Below, in pieces: positions 49,320 through 60,600 of a stretch of DNA of 64,000 nucleotides. The stretch spans positions 2,038 through 66,037 of the forward strand of contig JAPKCI010000006.1 in NCBI GenBank assembly GCA_028823035.1, read 5' to 3'. Origin of the DNA: Rubripirellula sp. (GTDB lineage Bacteria; Planctomycetota; Planctomycetia; Pirellulales; Pirellulaceae). The stretch's first letter is position 1; every line of letters starts with the position of its first letter. The translations under genes and the position numbers were made by a program. Under the pieces are notes generated by a model. That model did no database searches and was not told the origin of the DNA. It saw only the letters and a list, made by a program, of their open reading frames with translations.

Positions 49320-50423
49320 ATGATTATCGGTGTTCCAACAGAGATCAAGACAGATGAATATCGAGTGGCCATGCTACCATTTGGTGTCGAAGATTTAGTG
49401 GGGCGAGGTCATCAGGTCCTCGTCGAGGCAGGAGCGGGCTTGGGGTCGGGAATCGCCGATCATGATTATTTGCGGGCTGGAGCCGAGTTGGTTTCTGAAG
49501 CGCAGGATGTATTCCAACGTGCCGATTTGGTGATCAAGGTAAAGGAACCGCAAGCGTCAGAGTTCAAACTCATTCGATCTGGACAGATGCTGTTCACCTA
49601 CTTTCATTTTGCTGCAAGTCGTGAGTTGACCCTGGCCATGATTGATTCAGGGGCGACCTGTCTCGCCTATGAGACCCTCAGGGATGCTCACGGCCGTTTG
49701 CCCCTGCTTACCCCGATGAGCGAAGTCGCTGGACGCATGAGTATTCAGGAGGGAGCCAAGTATCTTGAGCGACCCCAGATGGGCCGAGGAATCCTGCTGG
49801 GTGGTGTGCCCGGCGTTGCACCGGCTCATATCACGATTTTGGGTGGTGGTGTGGTTGGGGCGAATGCCGCCCGCATCGCGGCTGGCTTTCAAGCGGATGT
49901 TGCTATCCTCGATGTGGATTTGGATCGACTCCGATATCTCGACGATGTGATGCCAGCAAACGTCAATACGCTCTATAGCGACCGACATACCGTGATTGAG
50001 CAACTGCGACGGGCTGACTTGGTGATTGGTTCGGTTCTGATTCCAGGTGCCAAGGCTCCCTGTTTGGTACGAGCCGAAGACTTGCGTTTGATGAAACAGG
50101 GTAGCGTTGTCATCGACGTTGCAGTCGATCAGGGTGGGTGTGTTGAAACCAGTCGCCCGACAACCCACAGCGACCCCACCTATGTGATTGATGAAGTCGT
50201 ACACTACTGTGTTGCCAATATGCCCGGGGCTGTGGGACGAACGAGCACCTATGCGTTGTGCAATGCAACATTGAGTTGGGTCATTCGTCTTGCCGACCTT
50301 GGGTTGGATCAAGCCCTTTCCGGTTGCCGCCCATTGGTCGGTTCAATCAATATTCATAATCACCAGACGACAAATGAAGCGGTGGCTACCGCGTTTGATT
50401 TACCGTTTGTGTCTCTCGCGTGA
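49320..50423 (+). CDS. ald: Alanine dehydrogenase
   Basis: GVPTEIKTDEYRV, KVKEP, MSEVAGRM, GGGVVG, DVAVDQGGC and HYCVANMPG. Confidence 0.96.
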   Translation: MIIGVPTEIKTDEYRVAMLPFGVEDLVGRGHQVLVEAGAGLGSGIADHDYLRAGAELVSEAQDVFQRADLVIKVKEPQASEFKLIRSGQMLFTYFHFAASRELTLAMIDSGATCLAYETLRDAHGRLPLLTPMSEVAGRMSIQEGAKYLERPQMGRGILLGGVPGVAPAHITILGGGVVGANAARIAAGFQADVAILDVDLDRLRYLDDVMPANVNTLYSDRHTVIEQLRRADLVIGSVLIPGAKAPCLVRAEDLRLMKQGSVVIDVAVDQGGCVETSRPTTHSDPTYVIDEVVHYCVANMPGAVGRTSTYALCNATLSWVIRLADLGLDQALSGCRPLVGSINIHNHQTTNEAVATAFDLPFVSLA

Positions 50424-50445
50424 GTTTTTGCTGATGAATTTGGAT

Positions 50446-51189
50446 TCAAGAACTTGATTGCCCCATGTCGGGTGTTGCTTTCCTGATCCCGGTGAATTGG
50501 ATTTTTCCCCAGGCTGCCTGATTCGTCCTGGCCACAAAGAAACGATCAAGTAGTCTGCGGATGGTATCTGGCTGATGAAGCCATTGCTCGTACGTTTCAC
50601 GTTCGTGTTCGATCATTACTGCAAGCGCATCACCTTTGTCGTAAAACTTCCGCACCCAGTGATTCTCGACTACCACATGAACGAAACGCAGAAATGGTGT
50701 CAGCCATGGCTCGACAGCATGAAAAGTGCCACTCGATTTGAGCACCCGGTGTGCTTCTTTGAGAACTGCTTCCAAATCTTCGGGCAAGTACGGCAAGTGA
50801 TGTAAGCCACCGTGGACAACCACTGCGTCAATGGAATCGTTATCAAAGGGCAAGCTGCGACAGTCCGCGAGATGCAGTCTGGCCTCGTTCTGGTTTTGCC
50901 GCAGTAGTGTTTCTGACAGGTCCACGCCATCCAGGTTGGTAAAGCCAAGGCGTTGTAGAGCCACCAGACCTCCCCCTCGTCCGCAGAACAATTCAACAAC
51001 TCGCATGTCTTTTGGGCGATCTTGCAGTCCAAAGGCTTTCAGTCGCTTGATGAATTTGTTGATTTCCTCGTTCGGGGTTTCAAAGCGTTTGTACGCATCT
51101 TCCCATGCGGGATCACAACAGACTTCACCCGACTCGATGTGGCGTTTAATCTTCTGTGTGCTTTTGTTACTGGCGTTGGTTTCGTGCAT
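50446..51189 (-). CDS. Class I SAM-dependent methyltransferase
   Basis: VELFCGRGG motif I, GVDLS, ADCRSLPF, GGLHH and EAHRVLK. Confidence 0.88.
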   Translation of the reverse strand: MHETNASNKSTQKIKRHIESGEVCCDPAWEDAYKRFETPNEEINKFIKRLKAFGLQDRPKDMRVVELFCGRGGGLVALQRLGFTNLDGVDLSETLLRQNQNEARLHLADCRSLPFDNDSIDAVVVHGGLHHLPYLPEDLEAVLKEAHRVLKSSGTFHAVEPWLTPFLRFVHVVVENHWVRKFYDKGDALAVMIEHERETYEQWLHQPDTIRRLLDRFFVARTNQAAWGKIQFTGIRKATPDMGQSSS

Positions 51190-51228
51190 GGATGTCGTAA
51201 TGAAATCGGAGGTACTTCAAGAGGGCGA

Positions 51229-52404
51229 TCACTTGGATCTTGATGAGGAACCTGAACGGCGCTGCATTCTCAGGACTCCGGCCATCAGCGACGCCATGGC
51301 AGTCTGAAAGCCAATCGCTACCAGCGTTACGCCTGGTACTACCAACCGCATTGTGCGCGAGTATTCCAATTCTCCGAAGCCACCGTTCCACCACTGGAAG
51401 ATCACCGCCACAATCAACGCGATCCCAATCGCTGACATGAACAGACCGAATCCAATGCCATTTTCAACCGTCACTTTTTCCAGTCTGGGCAGTGCGGGCC
51501 TCATTCCTTCCCGGGCGGCGAAGATCTGTGCAAGTGTTGCCAACAGGATGCATTGCCATCCCATCAAACCGGCTAGACTGGCAATCAGAAGGGTGTGTAC
51601 GTCCAACGCCGCACCTAGAATGCGAATCTGCGGCAACGCCAATGAGTAGCCGAGCAAGGCGAGGAACATCAGTAACAGGCCCGGGCGAAAGAAGGTCCAT
51701 TTTGGACTGAATACCAGAAACAGCCGTAGCGTCCTCCAGCCGTCGCGAAAGGTGCGCAGGTGCGGACCATGTTCCCGCCGACCATCTGGGTGCAAGGTGA
51801 TCGGAACCTGCGTCATGCTGGCTTGATGGAGACCACTCTTGATGATCATTTCCGTTGCGAATTCCATGCCCGGAGACCGCAGGTCCAAGCGTTGGTAAAG
51901 GTCTCTTGTGAAGCCTCTCATGCCGCAATAAACGTCATGAATTGGAATGCGGAACATCAGGCGAACCAGCCATGACAACACAGGATTCCCAAACCAGCGG
52001 TGCAGAAACGGCATGGCGCCGGGTAACACCCGTCCACCGCCACGAGGTAAACGACAGCCTTGCACCAGATCGGCACCTTTGCGGAGTTGGTCAACAAAGG
52101 CCGGGATTTCCAGAAAGTTGTAACTGTCGTCACAGTCGCCCATGATGACATACTTTCCACGACTTGCCTCGATGCCACCCATCAATGCGGCACCATAGCC
52201 AGGTTCGGCAACATCCACGGTTCTCGCTCCCATCGATTCCGCGATCGCTTTCGAATTGTCCGTGCTGCCGTTGTCGGCCAGGACAACCTCACCATCAACG
52301 CCATGTTCACGCATCGCTCGAACCGCTTTCTCAACACAGATTCCAACGGTGTCAGCTTCATTCAGGCATGGCATGACGACGGATAGCTCGGGAGATTCAC
52401 TCAT
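51229..52404 (-). CDS. Glycosyltransferase family 2 with C-terminal TM helices (polyprenol-phosphate sugar synthase-like)
   Basis: SVVMPCLNEA, DNGSTD, MGDCDDSY, DVYCGMR and MEFATE; four TM helices at the end. Start placed at ATG 52404; the upstream ORF-track extension overlaps the next gene. Confidence 0.92.
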   Translation of the reverse strand: MSESPELSVVMPCLNEADTVGICVEKAVRAMREHGVDGEVVLADNGSTDNSKAIAESMGARTVDVAEPGYGAALMGGIEASRGKYVIMGDCDDSYNFLEIPAFVDQLRKGADLVQGCRLPRGGGRVLPGAMPFLHRWFGNPVLSWLVRLMFRIPIHDVYCGMRGFTRDLYQRLDLRSPGMEFATEMIIKSGLHQASMTQVPITLHPDGRREHGPHLRTFRDGWRTLRLFLVFSPKWTFFRPGLLLMFLALLGYSLALPQIRILGAALDVHTLLIASLAGLMGWQCILLATLAQIFAAREGMRPALPRLEKVTVENGIGFGLFMSAIGIALIVAVIFQWWNGGFGELEYSRTMRLVVPGVTLVAIGFQTAMASLMAGVLRMQRRSGSSSRSK

Positions 52405-52532
52405 GTTGCCGGCATCTTCATTGCTGCGAATGGGAGCGGGAGAAGTAAAAACTAAAGTGTGACTGGTATCTGGATTGGGTGATTCGAGACCTCGTGGACC
52501 ATTACGCACTCTTTTTGAAGTGGTTCGATGGA

Positions 52533-53927
52533 TCAGACGCTGCTCGTGACTTCGGCCACTGTTCGATAGCGTGACAGCAGTATCGAAATAGCTGATCCAA
52601 ACGTAAGTGCGACCATTGGTTCGACCACGATGCGGTAGCGATAATCTGGTATTTCCAGTATCCCCGTCACGAGAGAAAAGTACGCCAGCATGGATGCAAT
52701 CCAAATTCCATAGGGTCGCGTGGGGTAATTGACAATCAGAAGCACGACGCTGAAGGCGAGTCCACTCAATAGCAAAGTGTTGAGTATCACAGATTGGCTC
52801 ATGCGGTATTTGAGAGCCCAGTCTACCAACGGAATAGAGTGTTGCCAGGTTTGCTGCCCATGAAATGCATCTGTCGACAGTCCTTGTAGCGGCAGGTCGG
52901 TTGCTGCGCACCGCCAGTAATTGACAACTCTCCTGAATGCCTTGAATGCAAAAAAATTACTGTCTGTCTGCACTGCTTCGACAGCAACCTGCTTCATGAT
53001 CCGATCTGCCTCAGCATCGTTGAGTCCAGAGCGAACCAGTGCATTGGAAACTTGCCAAGAATTTTTCCATTGGTCAGCAGCATCGACATCTTTCAGTCGT
53101 TTCGCCAATCTTTTTGCCGTTTCACTTGAAGGCATTTCAAGTCCAGCGCCAGAACCGTCGTTGAATGTCACAATCCAGACATTTCTGCCAATGAATTCAG
53201 TCAGGAACGGGCTGCCAAAAAGAATCTGATTCCGCATCAGCCAAGGGGTAATGCAACCCGCGACGACCAAACCAGCAAGCAGGATGTGGTAGACCCGCCT
53301 TCGAAACAGAATCGTTGTCATCGACAGACTGCGGAGTCTGCCGTTTTTTCGTAGGTGGATGAGTAACAGGAAAAAGAGATGAGGTATCCATATCAGTATG
53401 ACAATGGGCCGGGTCAGAAGCGTGATCGCGAATGTCGCTCCGACCCATGCTGACCGTTTTGCGGTACCGTATTTGGCATAATCAAGAATCGCCAGAAGGT
53501 TCAGCATGAACACAAAAACAAACAGAGACTCGGATAAGACGGCGGCATCAAAGACGAGGCTCGAGACGGCAGGTAAGCAGACGATCAATGTCAGCGAAAA
53601 AGCTTTGGGTAGCTTGGTAATGCGTGTTGCAATGGACGCTGCAATGATCAGAGAGCCAACAGAAAACAGGCCTTGCACTACTGCCAGAACCTGCAATGTG
53701 CGAGGACCGCTCAGGAATCGAAGCATGGCCAGGAACCATGGATAGACCGGAGTTCGATACGCAATCGGTTCCTGGAACATCAGGACATCACCCTCCAGCA
53801 CCGATGCGCTAAGTTGCCAGTAGCCGAACGCATCACGTTCGATGGGTACTGGCCCCTTAAGGAGGATCGCTCCGGTTTTTGCCGCGATCAGCAGCAGAAG
53901 GATTAGTACGAGTAGTTTTCTCACCAA
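52533..53927 (-). CDS. GT-C/ArnT-like multi-TM glycosyltransferase
   Basis: ERDAFGY acidic loop, YRTPVYPWFL, LSESLF, LTRP, PWLMRN and PDYRYR patterns. Confidence 0.75.
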   Translation of the reverse strand: MVRKLLVLILLLLIAAKTGAILLKGPVPIERDAFGYWQLSASVLEGDVLMFQEPIAYRTPVYPWFLAMLRFLSGPRTLQVLAVVQGLFSVGSLIIAASIATRITKLPKAFSLTLIVCLPAVSSLVFDAAVLSESLFVFVFMLNLLAILDYAKYGTAKRSAWVGATFAITLLTRPIVILIWIPHLFFLLLIHLRKNGRLRSLSMTTILFRRRVYHILLAGLVVAGCITPWLMRNQILFGSPFLTEFIGRNVWIVTFNDGSGAGLEMPSSETAKRLAKRLKDVDAADQWKNSWQVSNALVRSGLNDAEADRIMKQVAVEAVQTDSNFFAFKAFRRVVNYWRCAATDLPLQGLSTDAFHGQQTWQHSIPLVDWALKYRMSQSVILNTLLLSGLAFSVVLLIVNYPTRPYGIWIASMLAYFSLVTGILEIPDYRYRIVVEPMVALTFGSAISILLSRYRTVAEVTSSV

Positions 53928-54177
53928 TTTGGATACCGCCTGCGGGGTGAAACAAGAACCGTCCTACCAGTCTAATTGCCCACGAAGTCGGTGAGTTGCG
54001 AGATCGGGTATTCCATGTGGTGCTGGCCCATATATCCGGCACCCCGTGACTGGTCCTGTTGGCTGGGTTGAGGTTCTGACGCGGTCGTTACCTCGTTTCA
54101 CGGCCTGTTTTAACAATGCGATTCTTAGGGACTCACAGCAGCGATGAGTCAGAAATGCCGACTTGCATGATTACAGA

Positions 54178-54202
54178 TCAGTGTCAGGCTGCCTGACGCT
54201 GA
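54178..54202. terminator. Stem-loop just downstream of rnr (terminator or REP-like)
   Basis: TCAGTGTCAGG-CTG-CCTGACGCTGA, an 11-bp stem with one G-T pair; no U-tract. Confidence 0.45.
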
Positions 54203-54213
54203 ACAATGGCTGA

Positions 54214-56481
54214 CTATCTTTTTTTCTTCTTTTTTCGTTTGTCACGACGATCCTTCTGCCGCTTGGTCTTGTAGTCGGGCTTGGATGATTTGGGATTAGC
54301 GGGGGCTGACTCGTTGCGGGCTGTGTGATTTTTTACCACATCCAGATAGAGTTGGCGGTCTTGAAGGTCGACCTTGGATATTTTTACAGTCAGCAAGTCG
54401 CCGAGACGAAAACGGTTGCCTTGTACAAAACCGCTGATCATTTGCCCGCGTCGCTCAAAGCGGTATTGGTCTTTGGGTAGAGTGGTGATGGGAATGAATC
54501 CGTCCACGGGCAGCTTCACGCAGCGGGCATGGATTCCATCAGCAAAGACGCGGCTGATCACCGCTTCCATGGTTTCACCAAGGTGCTTGTTGAGGAAGTG
54601 CAAAAGTTTCAGTGCAATCAGTTCGCGTTCGGCGGCTGCCGCGTTACGTTCCATGTCGCTGCAGTGATGGCCCAGTTTTACAAGTGACGCGAATGCGTCA
54701 TCTGGCGTTGGTTTTTTATCCAGTATCTTCTGCACAAGTCGATGAACGGTCAGATCGGGGTACCGGCGGATCGGGCTGGTAAAGTGGCAGTAGTGTTCCA
54801 TGTCGAGGGCGTAGTGGCCTTCGAGTTGCGGTGCGTAAACGGCCTTGTTCATGCTCTTGAGGACTGCGAAATTAACCGCGTCTTCCAGCGGAGTACCTTT
54901 CACTGCGTCGAGCACTTTTTGGATTTCAAAGCGGCTTTCGACCGTGCCAATATCGATGCCCAGGTCCTTGACAAAGTTGGAAAGTTGTCGGAGCTTGCGA
55001 CGATCTGGTGGGGGATGGATTCGGTGAAGGTGGTTCAGTTGCATGTCATCCAGCCATGTTGAAACAGCTTGATTACCAGCTAACATGAATTCTTCGATAA
55101 TCTGATGGCTCTCGGTGTGCTCGACCCGATGGGCTCCTCGCACTTTGCCACTCTTGTCGAGTTCCAGTTTAATGTCGGGCATGTCCATGGACAGCGCCCC
55201 CCCTGCGAATCTGGCTTTCCGCATTTGCATCGCCAGGCTGTGCATCCCCTTGAGTAGTTCGCAGATGGAGGATCCCCATTTCTCAACGTGCGATTCGGGA
55301 CTCGCGAGGAATTTGTCTACCTGCTCATAGTTGAGTCGCATGTCACTGTGAATCGCACCGTTGTGAACTTCCGTGTGCGTGATCGTTAAATCATCTTGGA
55401 TTTCAATCTCAACCGTTTTTACAAGTCGAATTCGGCTTGGCTGGAGGCTCGCCAGATGGTTGCTGATGATTTCAGGGATCATCGGGATCACCCGATCGGG
55501 CAAATAAACACTGGTGGCACGCTTGCGGGCTTCTTCGTCAACCGTGCTGCCGAGTGGAACAAAATGGCTCACATCTGCAATGTGCACCCAGAGTCGCCAA
55601 CGTCCCTCTTCACGCTGCAGTGAGATTGCATCATCGAAATCCCGTGCGTCGAGTGGGTCAATTGTGATCGTGTGCATGTCGGTAAAATCACGACGATCTT
55701 TCGGCACTTCGTCATCATTAAAAGCATCCGCCTGCTTTCTTGCCTCCTCAAGGACTGGTTCCGGGAAGGTATCGGGTAGTGCGTACTGACGCACGATTGT
55801 GAGCGTGTCGATCGCCGGATTCCTGTTACTGCCAAGTCGCTCAAGAATGACAGCTTCTCCACCAACCCCGCTCTCATCCGGGTACTCAACGATTTCGACA
55901 AATAATTTGTCGTCGTTGGTCAGTGGCAAACCACGAATGTCGCCAACACTGAGAGGTTCTTCGTAGTGCGTTCCATCAAGAAAGACGGTTGCTTTGCCAT
56001 CGACATTCCGAAAGGTACCGGTGAACTGTCGGCGGGCGCGCTGCAGCACCTCGGTGACACGTCCTTCATTCCCACCTTTGCGACTCGGGCGTATGTCGAT
56101 GTTGACCAAGTCGCCTTCCATCGCACCACCGGTGCACCCGGCAGGGATGAAAACATCCTCGGGCATGTTAGCATCATCTTCAGCATGATTGGGACGGACG
56201 AAGCCGAAGCCGCCGCCCATCGCTCGCCGGAATGTCCCACGGATCGAGTCGCTTGGTCCACCAATGGCTCCGACGCTGACCACAAGATGATTGGAACCAT
56301 ACAGCAGTCTTCCTTCCAAGACCAACTGCTTGATGACTCGACGCAGTTCTCGAGACTCGTCGGGGGTAAGCTTAAGTTCGTTTGCAATTTGCTTTGGCTT
56401 GCTGGGCCGATAATCGGCCGAAACGATCAATCGCATCACGCGATCGGCCAATTCTGTTGTTATATCCATGTTTGAAAACAT
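54214..56481 (-). CDS. rnr: Ribonuclease R
   Basis: N-terminal HTH, cold-shock domains, TIDPLDARDFDDA, HFTSPIRRYPDL, S1 domain and basic tail. Start may be ATG 56469. Confidence 0.95.
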   Translation of the reverse strand: MFSNMDITTELADRVMRLIVSADYRPSKPKQIANELKLTPDESRELRRVIKQLVLEGRLLYGSNHLVVSVGAIGGPSDSIRGTFRRAMGGGFGFVRPNHAEDDANMPEDVFIPAGCTGGAMEGDLVNIDIRPSRKGGNEGRVTEVLQRARRQFTGTFRNVDGKATVFLDGTHYEEPLSVGDIRGLPLTNDDKLFVEIVEYPDESGVGGEAVILERLGSNRNPAIDTLTIVRQYALPDTFPEPVLEEARKQADAFNDDEVPKDRRDFTDMHTITIDPLDARDFDDAISLQREEGRWRLWVHIADVSHFVPLGSTVDEEARKRATSVYLPDRVIPMIPEIISNHLASLQPSRIRLVKTVEIEIQDDLTITHTEVHNGAIHSDMRLNYEQVDKFLASPESHVEKWGSSICELLKGMHSLAMQMRKARFAGGALSMDMPDIKLELDKSGKVRGAHRVEHTESHQIIEEFMLAGNQAVSTWLDDMQLNHLHRIHPPPDRRKLRQLSNFVKDLGIDIGTVESRFEIQKVLDAVKGTPLEDAVNFAVLKSMNKAVYAPQLEGHYALDMEHYCHFTSPIRRYPDLTVHRLVQKILDKKPTPDDAFASLVKLGHHCSDMERNAAAAERELIALKLLHFLNKHLGETMEAVISRVFADGIHARCVKLPVDGFIPITTLPKDQYRFERRGQMISGFVQGNRFRLGDLLTVKISKVDLQDRQLYLDVVKNHTARNESAPANPKSSKPDYKTKRQKDRRDKRKKKKKR

Positions 56482-56863
56482 ATCCGATTTGATTCAATCT
56501 TGGACCGGGCCGCGAAGTGCATTGCACTGCACGGCCAGCAAAATGGCAGAGAAAAGGCCGTTTTTGACCGGGGCAACCGGAGGGGTGATTGAGAAGACCA
56601 TCATTCGACGATGGAGAGACTGGGCAAATCGGAATGCCCGAAATTGAGATCAGCGACTCTTTTACAAATTACCGCTGCTGGAAGTGACACTCAGTCCCCG
56701 GGTAAGGTTCGCGGCAGACTCGGTTTGGAACACCAAAGCGGTTTACGGGATGATCTGCAACGTTCGTTTGCCCAAAATTTTGAGTGGAAATGATTGGTGT
56801 CAAGCAATCATCGGGAGAGTTTTTTGACGCATACGGGTCTTTGACCCAGTATTCTGAAGTGCG

Positions 56864-57604
56864 ATGTTGAAGACATTGGGGGACGGGGGGCCTCGTATGG
56901 ATCTACGAAATCAAGGGTTTGCAGTTCTTGACCAAGTACTTGATGGTCAGGAATGTCTCGCTGTTGTCAATGAATTGGAATCGGCGTTGTCTTCGATGTC
57001 CGAGGGGCCCATCGAGAGCAAGCGGGGCGGGTTGGTGGGCGGCCGCAACTTGTTGTCCGTCTGGAATGGGTGGAAGGTGATCACCGGGTGTCCTGATGTG
57101 AGCTTGCTTGTGGAACAATGTCTTGGTTCTGAGGCGGGGATCGTGCGGGCACTTTACTTTGACAAGCCACCGGGCAGTGGCTGGTCGCTGCCGATGCACC
57201 GCGACAAGACCATCGCAGTGGCAGCACACTGTGATCCGGTCAAACCTTTTGCCAAGCCAACTCGAAAGGCGGGAGTTCCCCATGTTGAGGCGACCGAGTC
57301 TCTGTTGCACAGCATGCTGACACTGCGTTTACATTTGGATCCCATGCGAGAAGATAACGGTCCCCTGATGGTTGTGCCCCAATCACATCGGGATGGATCT
57401 GTAGAACAGCAGGGGAACACAGAAATCATCCAGTGCCAGGCGGGTGATGTTCTCGCCATGCGTCCTCTCTTGCTGCACGCTAGTTTGGCCGCCCATCGTG
57501 ACACACGATTCCACCGCCGAGTGGTGCACCTTGAGTTGGTATCCAGTCGTGAGTTGCCCGGTGATTACAACTGGCACATGTTCTTGCCAATCTCGGCTCG
57601 GTAA
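56864..57604 (+). CDS. Phytanoyl-CoA dioxygenase (PhyH) family Fe/2OG oxygenase
   Basis: YFDKP, HRD (HxD), LHLD, NGPLMVVPQSH, LLLHAS and RRVVHLE. Confidence 0.88.
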   Translation: MLKTLGDGGPRMDLRNQGFAVLDQVLDGQECLAVVNELESALSSMSEGPIESKRGGLVGGRNLLSVWNGWKVITGCPDVSLLVEQCLGSEAGIVRALYFDKPPGSGWSLPMHRDKTIAVAAHCDPVKPFAKPTRKAGVPHVEATESLLHSMLTLRLHLDPMREDNGPLMVVPQSHRDGSVEQQGNTEIIQCQAGDVLAMRPLLLHASLAAHRDTRFHRRVVHLELVSSRELPGDYNWHMFLPISAR

Positions 57605-57698
57605 TAGCCCGCTACCCTGCCCTGTTCCGTCGCGGCTTGCAGTGGTTCCCAGCATTGTTCGCATTAGCACGCAGGACTTTATTTGTGACCCATAAAGG

Positions 57699-60600
57699 TC
57701 AATCAGGGTCATAGGCGAGATTGGGGCCCAGCCATCGCTCAATTTCGTCGATCGGTCGACCCTTGCGTTTCGCGTAGGATTCAACTTGATCCCGGGTAAT
57801 CCGATCGACTGCGAAATAGCGTGATGCCGGGTGGCCAAAGTACAAACCGCTGACACTTGCACCTGGGAACATCGCGAAGCTTGTTGTCAGCTCGACAGCT
57901 GCGTTCTGTTCTGCCTGCAAGAGGTCGAAGAGTGTCCGTTTTTCGGTATGATCCGGGCACGCGGGGTAACCAGCTGCGGGTCGAATGCCGCGATATTTTT
58001 CGGCAATCAACTCTTCTTTGCTAAGACTCTCATCAGTACCGAATCCCCAGTCCTGTCTCGCTTTCTCATGCATCAACTCGGTGAACGCTTCAGCCAGGCG
58101 ATCAGCCACTGCCTGGACCATGATGGCTGTATAATCATCCAGATCTGCTTTGTATTTACCGGCCAATACATCCGCACCCAAGCCCGTTGTGACGACAAAC
58201 CCGCCGATGTAATCTTTGCGGCCGCTGTCAATCGGGGCGACATAATCCGCCAGTGAGCGATAGTCCTTTTGTCCACGGCGTTCCCACTGCTGACGCAAGG
58301 TGTGGAATCGGCTCAATTCCTCGTTGCGTGATTCATTTGTAAAAAGAATGATGTCATCGCCATCGCTCGCTGCCGGCCAAAATCCGTAGACAGCGTTAGC
58401 CTGCAACGACTTGTCGTGGATGATCTGATCGAGCAAGTCATTCGCATCCTTATAAAGTTCCTTTGCCTGTTCACCGACGGTTTCGTCATTGAAAATGCGA
58501 GGATATTTTCCTTTTAGTTCCCATGTCATGAAGAACGGTGACCAATCGATGTATGGTCGAATTTTCGATAATGGGAAATCTGCCAAGACACGCGTGCCAG
58601 TAAAGCACGGTTCGTTGATTGTGGTGGTTTGCCAATCGGTGGCGAAACGTTTTTCGAGTGCCTTCGCGTAGGGTACCAATTTCTGTGTTCTAGCTTGGTA
58701 GCCAGCAACCAGTTTTTCCTGTTCTTCTGAATTGGCTTGGATGAACGTATCGCGAGCGTCCTTGTTGAGCAATTTTTCAACCACATTGACACTGCGGCTC
58801 GCATCAAGCACGTGGACAATCGGTCCGGGATAAACCGGTGCAATCTTGACGGCAGTGTGTTTGGCACTGGTTGTGGCGCCCCCAACAAGCAGCGGAAGTT
58901 TGAGTTCCTTACGCTTCATTTCACGTGCGACGTGGACCATTTCGTCAAGACTCGGAGTGATCAACCCGCTGAGTCCGATTATATCGACATTCTGTTTTTT
59001 TGCCTCTTCAAGGATGGTGTCGGTGGCGACCATGACACCCAAATCGATGACTTCATAATTATTGCACTGCAGCACAACGCCCACAATGTTTTTACCGATA
59101 TCGTGAACATCACCCTTGACGGTTGCGATCAGGAATTTTCCGCGTGATGAACTGGCCTCCAGTCCTGCTGCGAGTTTCTCTTCTTCCATGAAGGGTTCAA
59201 GATAGGCGACCGCTTTCTTCATCACCCGGGCTGATTTGACCACTTGCGGAAGGAACATTTTTCCTTCACCGAAGAGGTCGCCAACGATTTGCATGCCATC
59301 CATCAAGGGGCCCTCGATCACCTGCAGGCAGCGATCAAATTTCTGCCTAGCCTCTTCGGCGTCTTCGACAATGTATTTGTCGATTCCCTTGATCAAGGCA
59401 TGTTGCATGCGGTGCGCTACGGGATTTTCACGCCAGCTCAGGTCTTCTCCGCTCTTTTTCTTCCCACTTCCCTTCACTGTTGCGGCAAAATCGAGAAGTC
59501 GGTCGGTGGCATCGGATCGACGATTCAGCAGAACATCTTCGACATGTTCCAGTAGATCCTTTGGAATCTCTTCGTAGACTTCCAGTTGTCCAGCGTTCAC
59601 GATTCCCATGTCCAGACCAGCTTTGATTGCATGGAACAGGAACGAACTGTGCATCGCTTCACGAACACGATCATTGCCCCGGAAGCTGAAGCTGATGTTG
59701 CTCACCCCGCCGCTGGTTTTCGCGCCCGGACATTCTTTCTTGATTCGGCGGACCGCATTGATGAAGTCAACAGCATAGTTGTCGTGTTCTTCAATTCCTG
59801 TCGCGACCGTCAAAATATTCGGATCAAAAATGATGTCTTCCGGGGGGAAACCAACCTCTTTGACCAGCAGGTCGTACGCACGTTTGCAGATTCGGACTTT
59901 GTTGTCCTCGTCAGCTGCCTGACCTTGCTCGTCAAACGCCATGATGACAGCTGCAGCACCGTATTGCCGTACCAGACGGGCACGTTCAATGAAGGTGGCT
60001 TCGCCATCCTTCATTGAGATCGAATTGACGATCGCTTTACCCTGAGTGTTCTGTAATCCTGCTTCGATCACTTCCCACTTGCTGCTGTCAATCATGGTGG
60101 GAACCGCAGCAACAATATCGTCCCCGGATATCAATCGCAGAAAACGCGTCATTGCTTCAGCGCCATCGAGCAATGCATCGTCGAAGTTGATGTCAATGAT
60201 CGTAGCACCGTTCGTAACCTGCTCGCGAGCGACTTCAACTGCCTCTTCGTAAAGCTCTTCACGGATCAAGCGTGCAAACTTGCGACTTCCCGTGACATTG
60301 GTTCTTTCACCAACCATTGTGAATGGTATCTCGGGCCGCATGACCATTGGCAACTGCCCGGACAGTCGTGTCCAGACAGGTCCGGTTGTTTCCTGCTTGG
60401 GACTCAATCCGCGGACGCGGGATTCCATCGCACGAATGTGGTCAGGTGTGGTTCCGCAACAGCCGCCAAGAATGTTGATCCAGCCGTTGTCCGCATACTC
60501 GCCGACGATGTCTGCCATTGCGGTAGGGCCGAGATCGAATTCACCCATGTCGTTCGGCAGACCGGCATTGGGATGGCAACTGACAGCAAGTGAGGTTGAC

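Noticed and set aside
52405-52911. 169-aa N-terminal extension of the GT2 ORF
   Set aside because: Overlaps the upstream GT-C gene on the same strand and is not GT-like; real start is at 52404.
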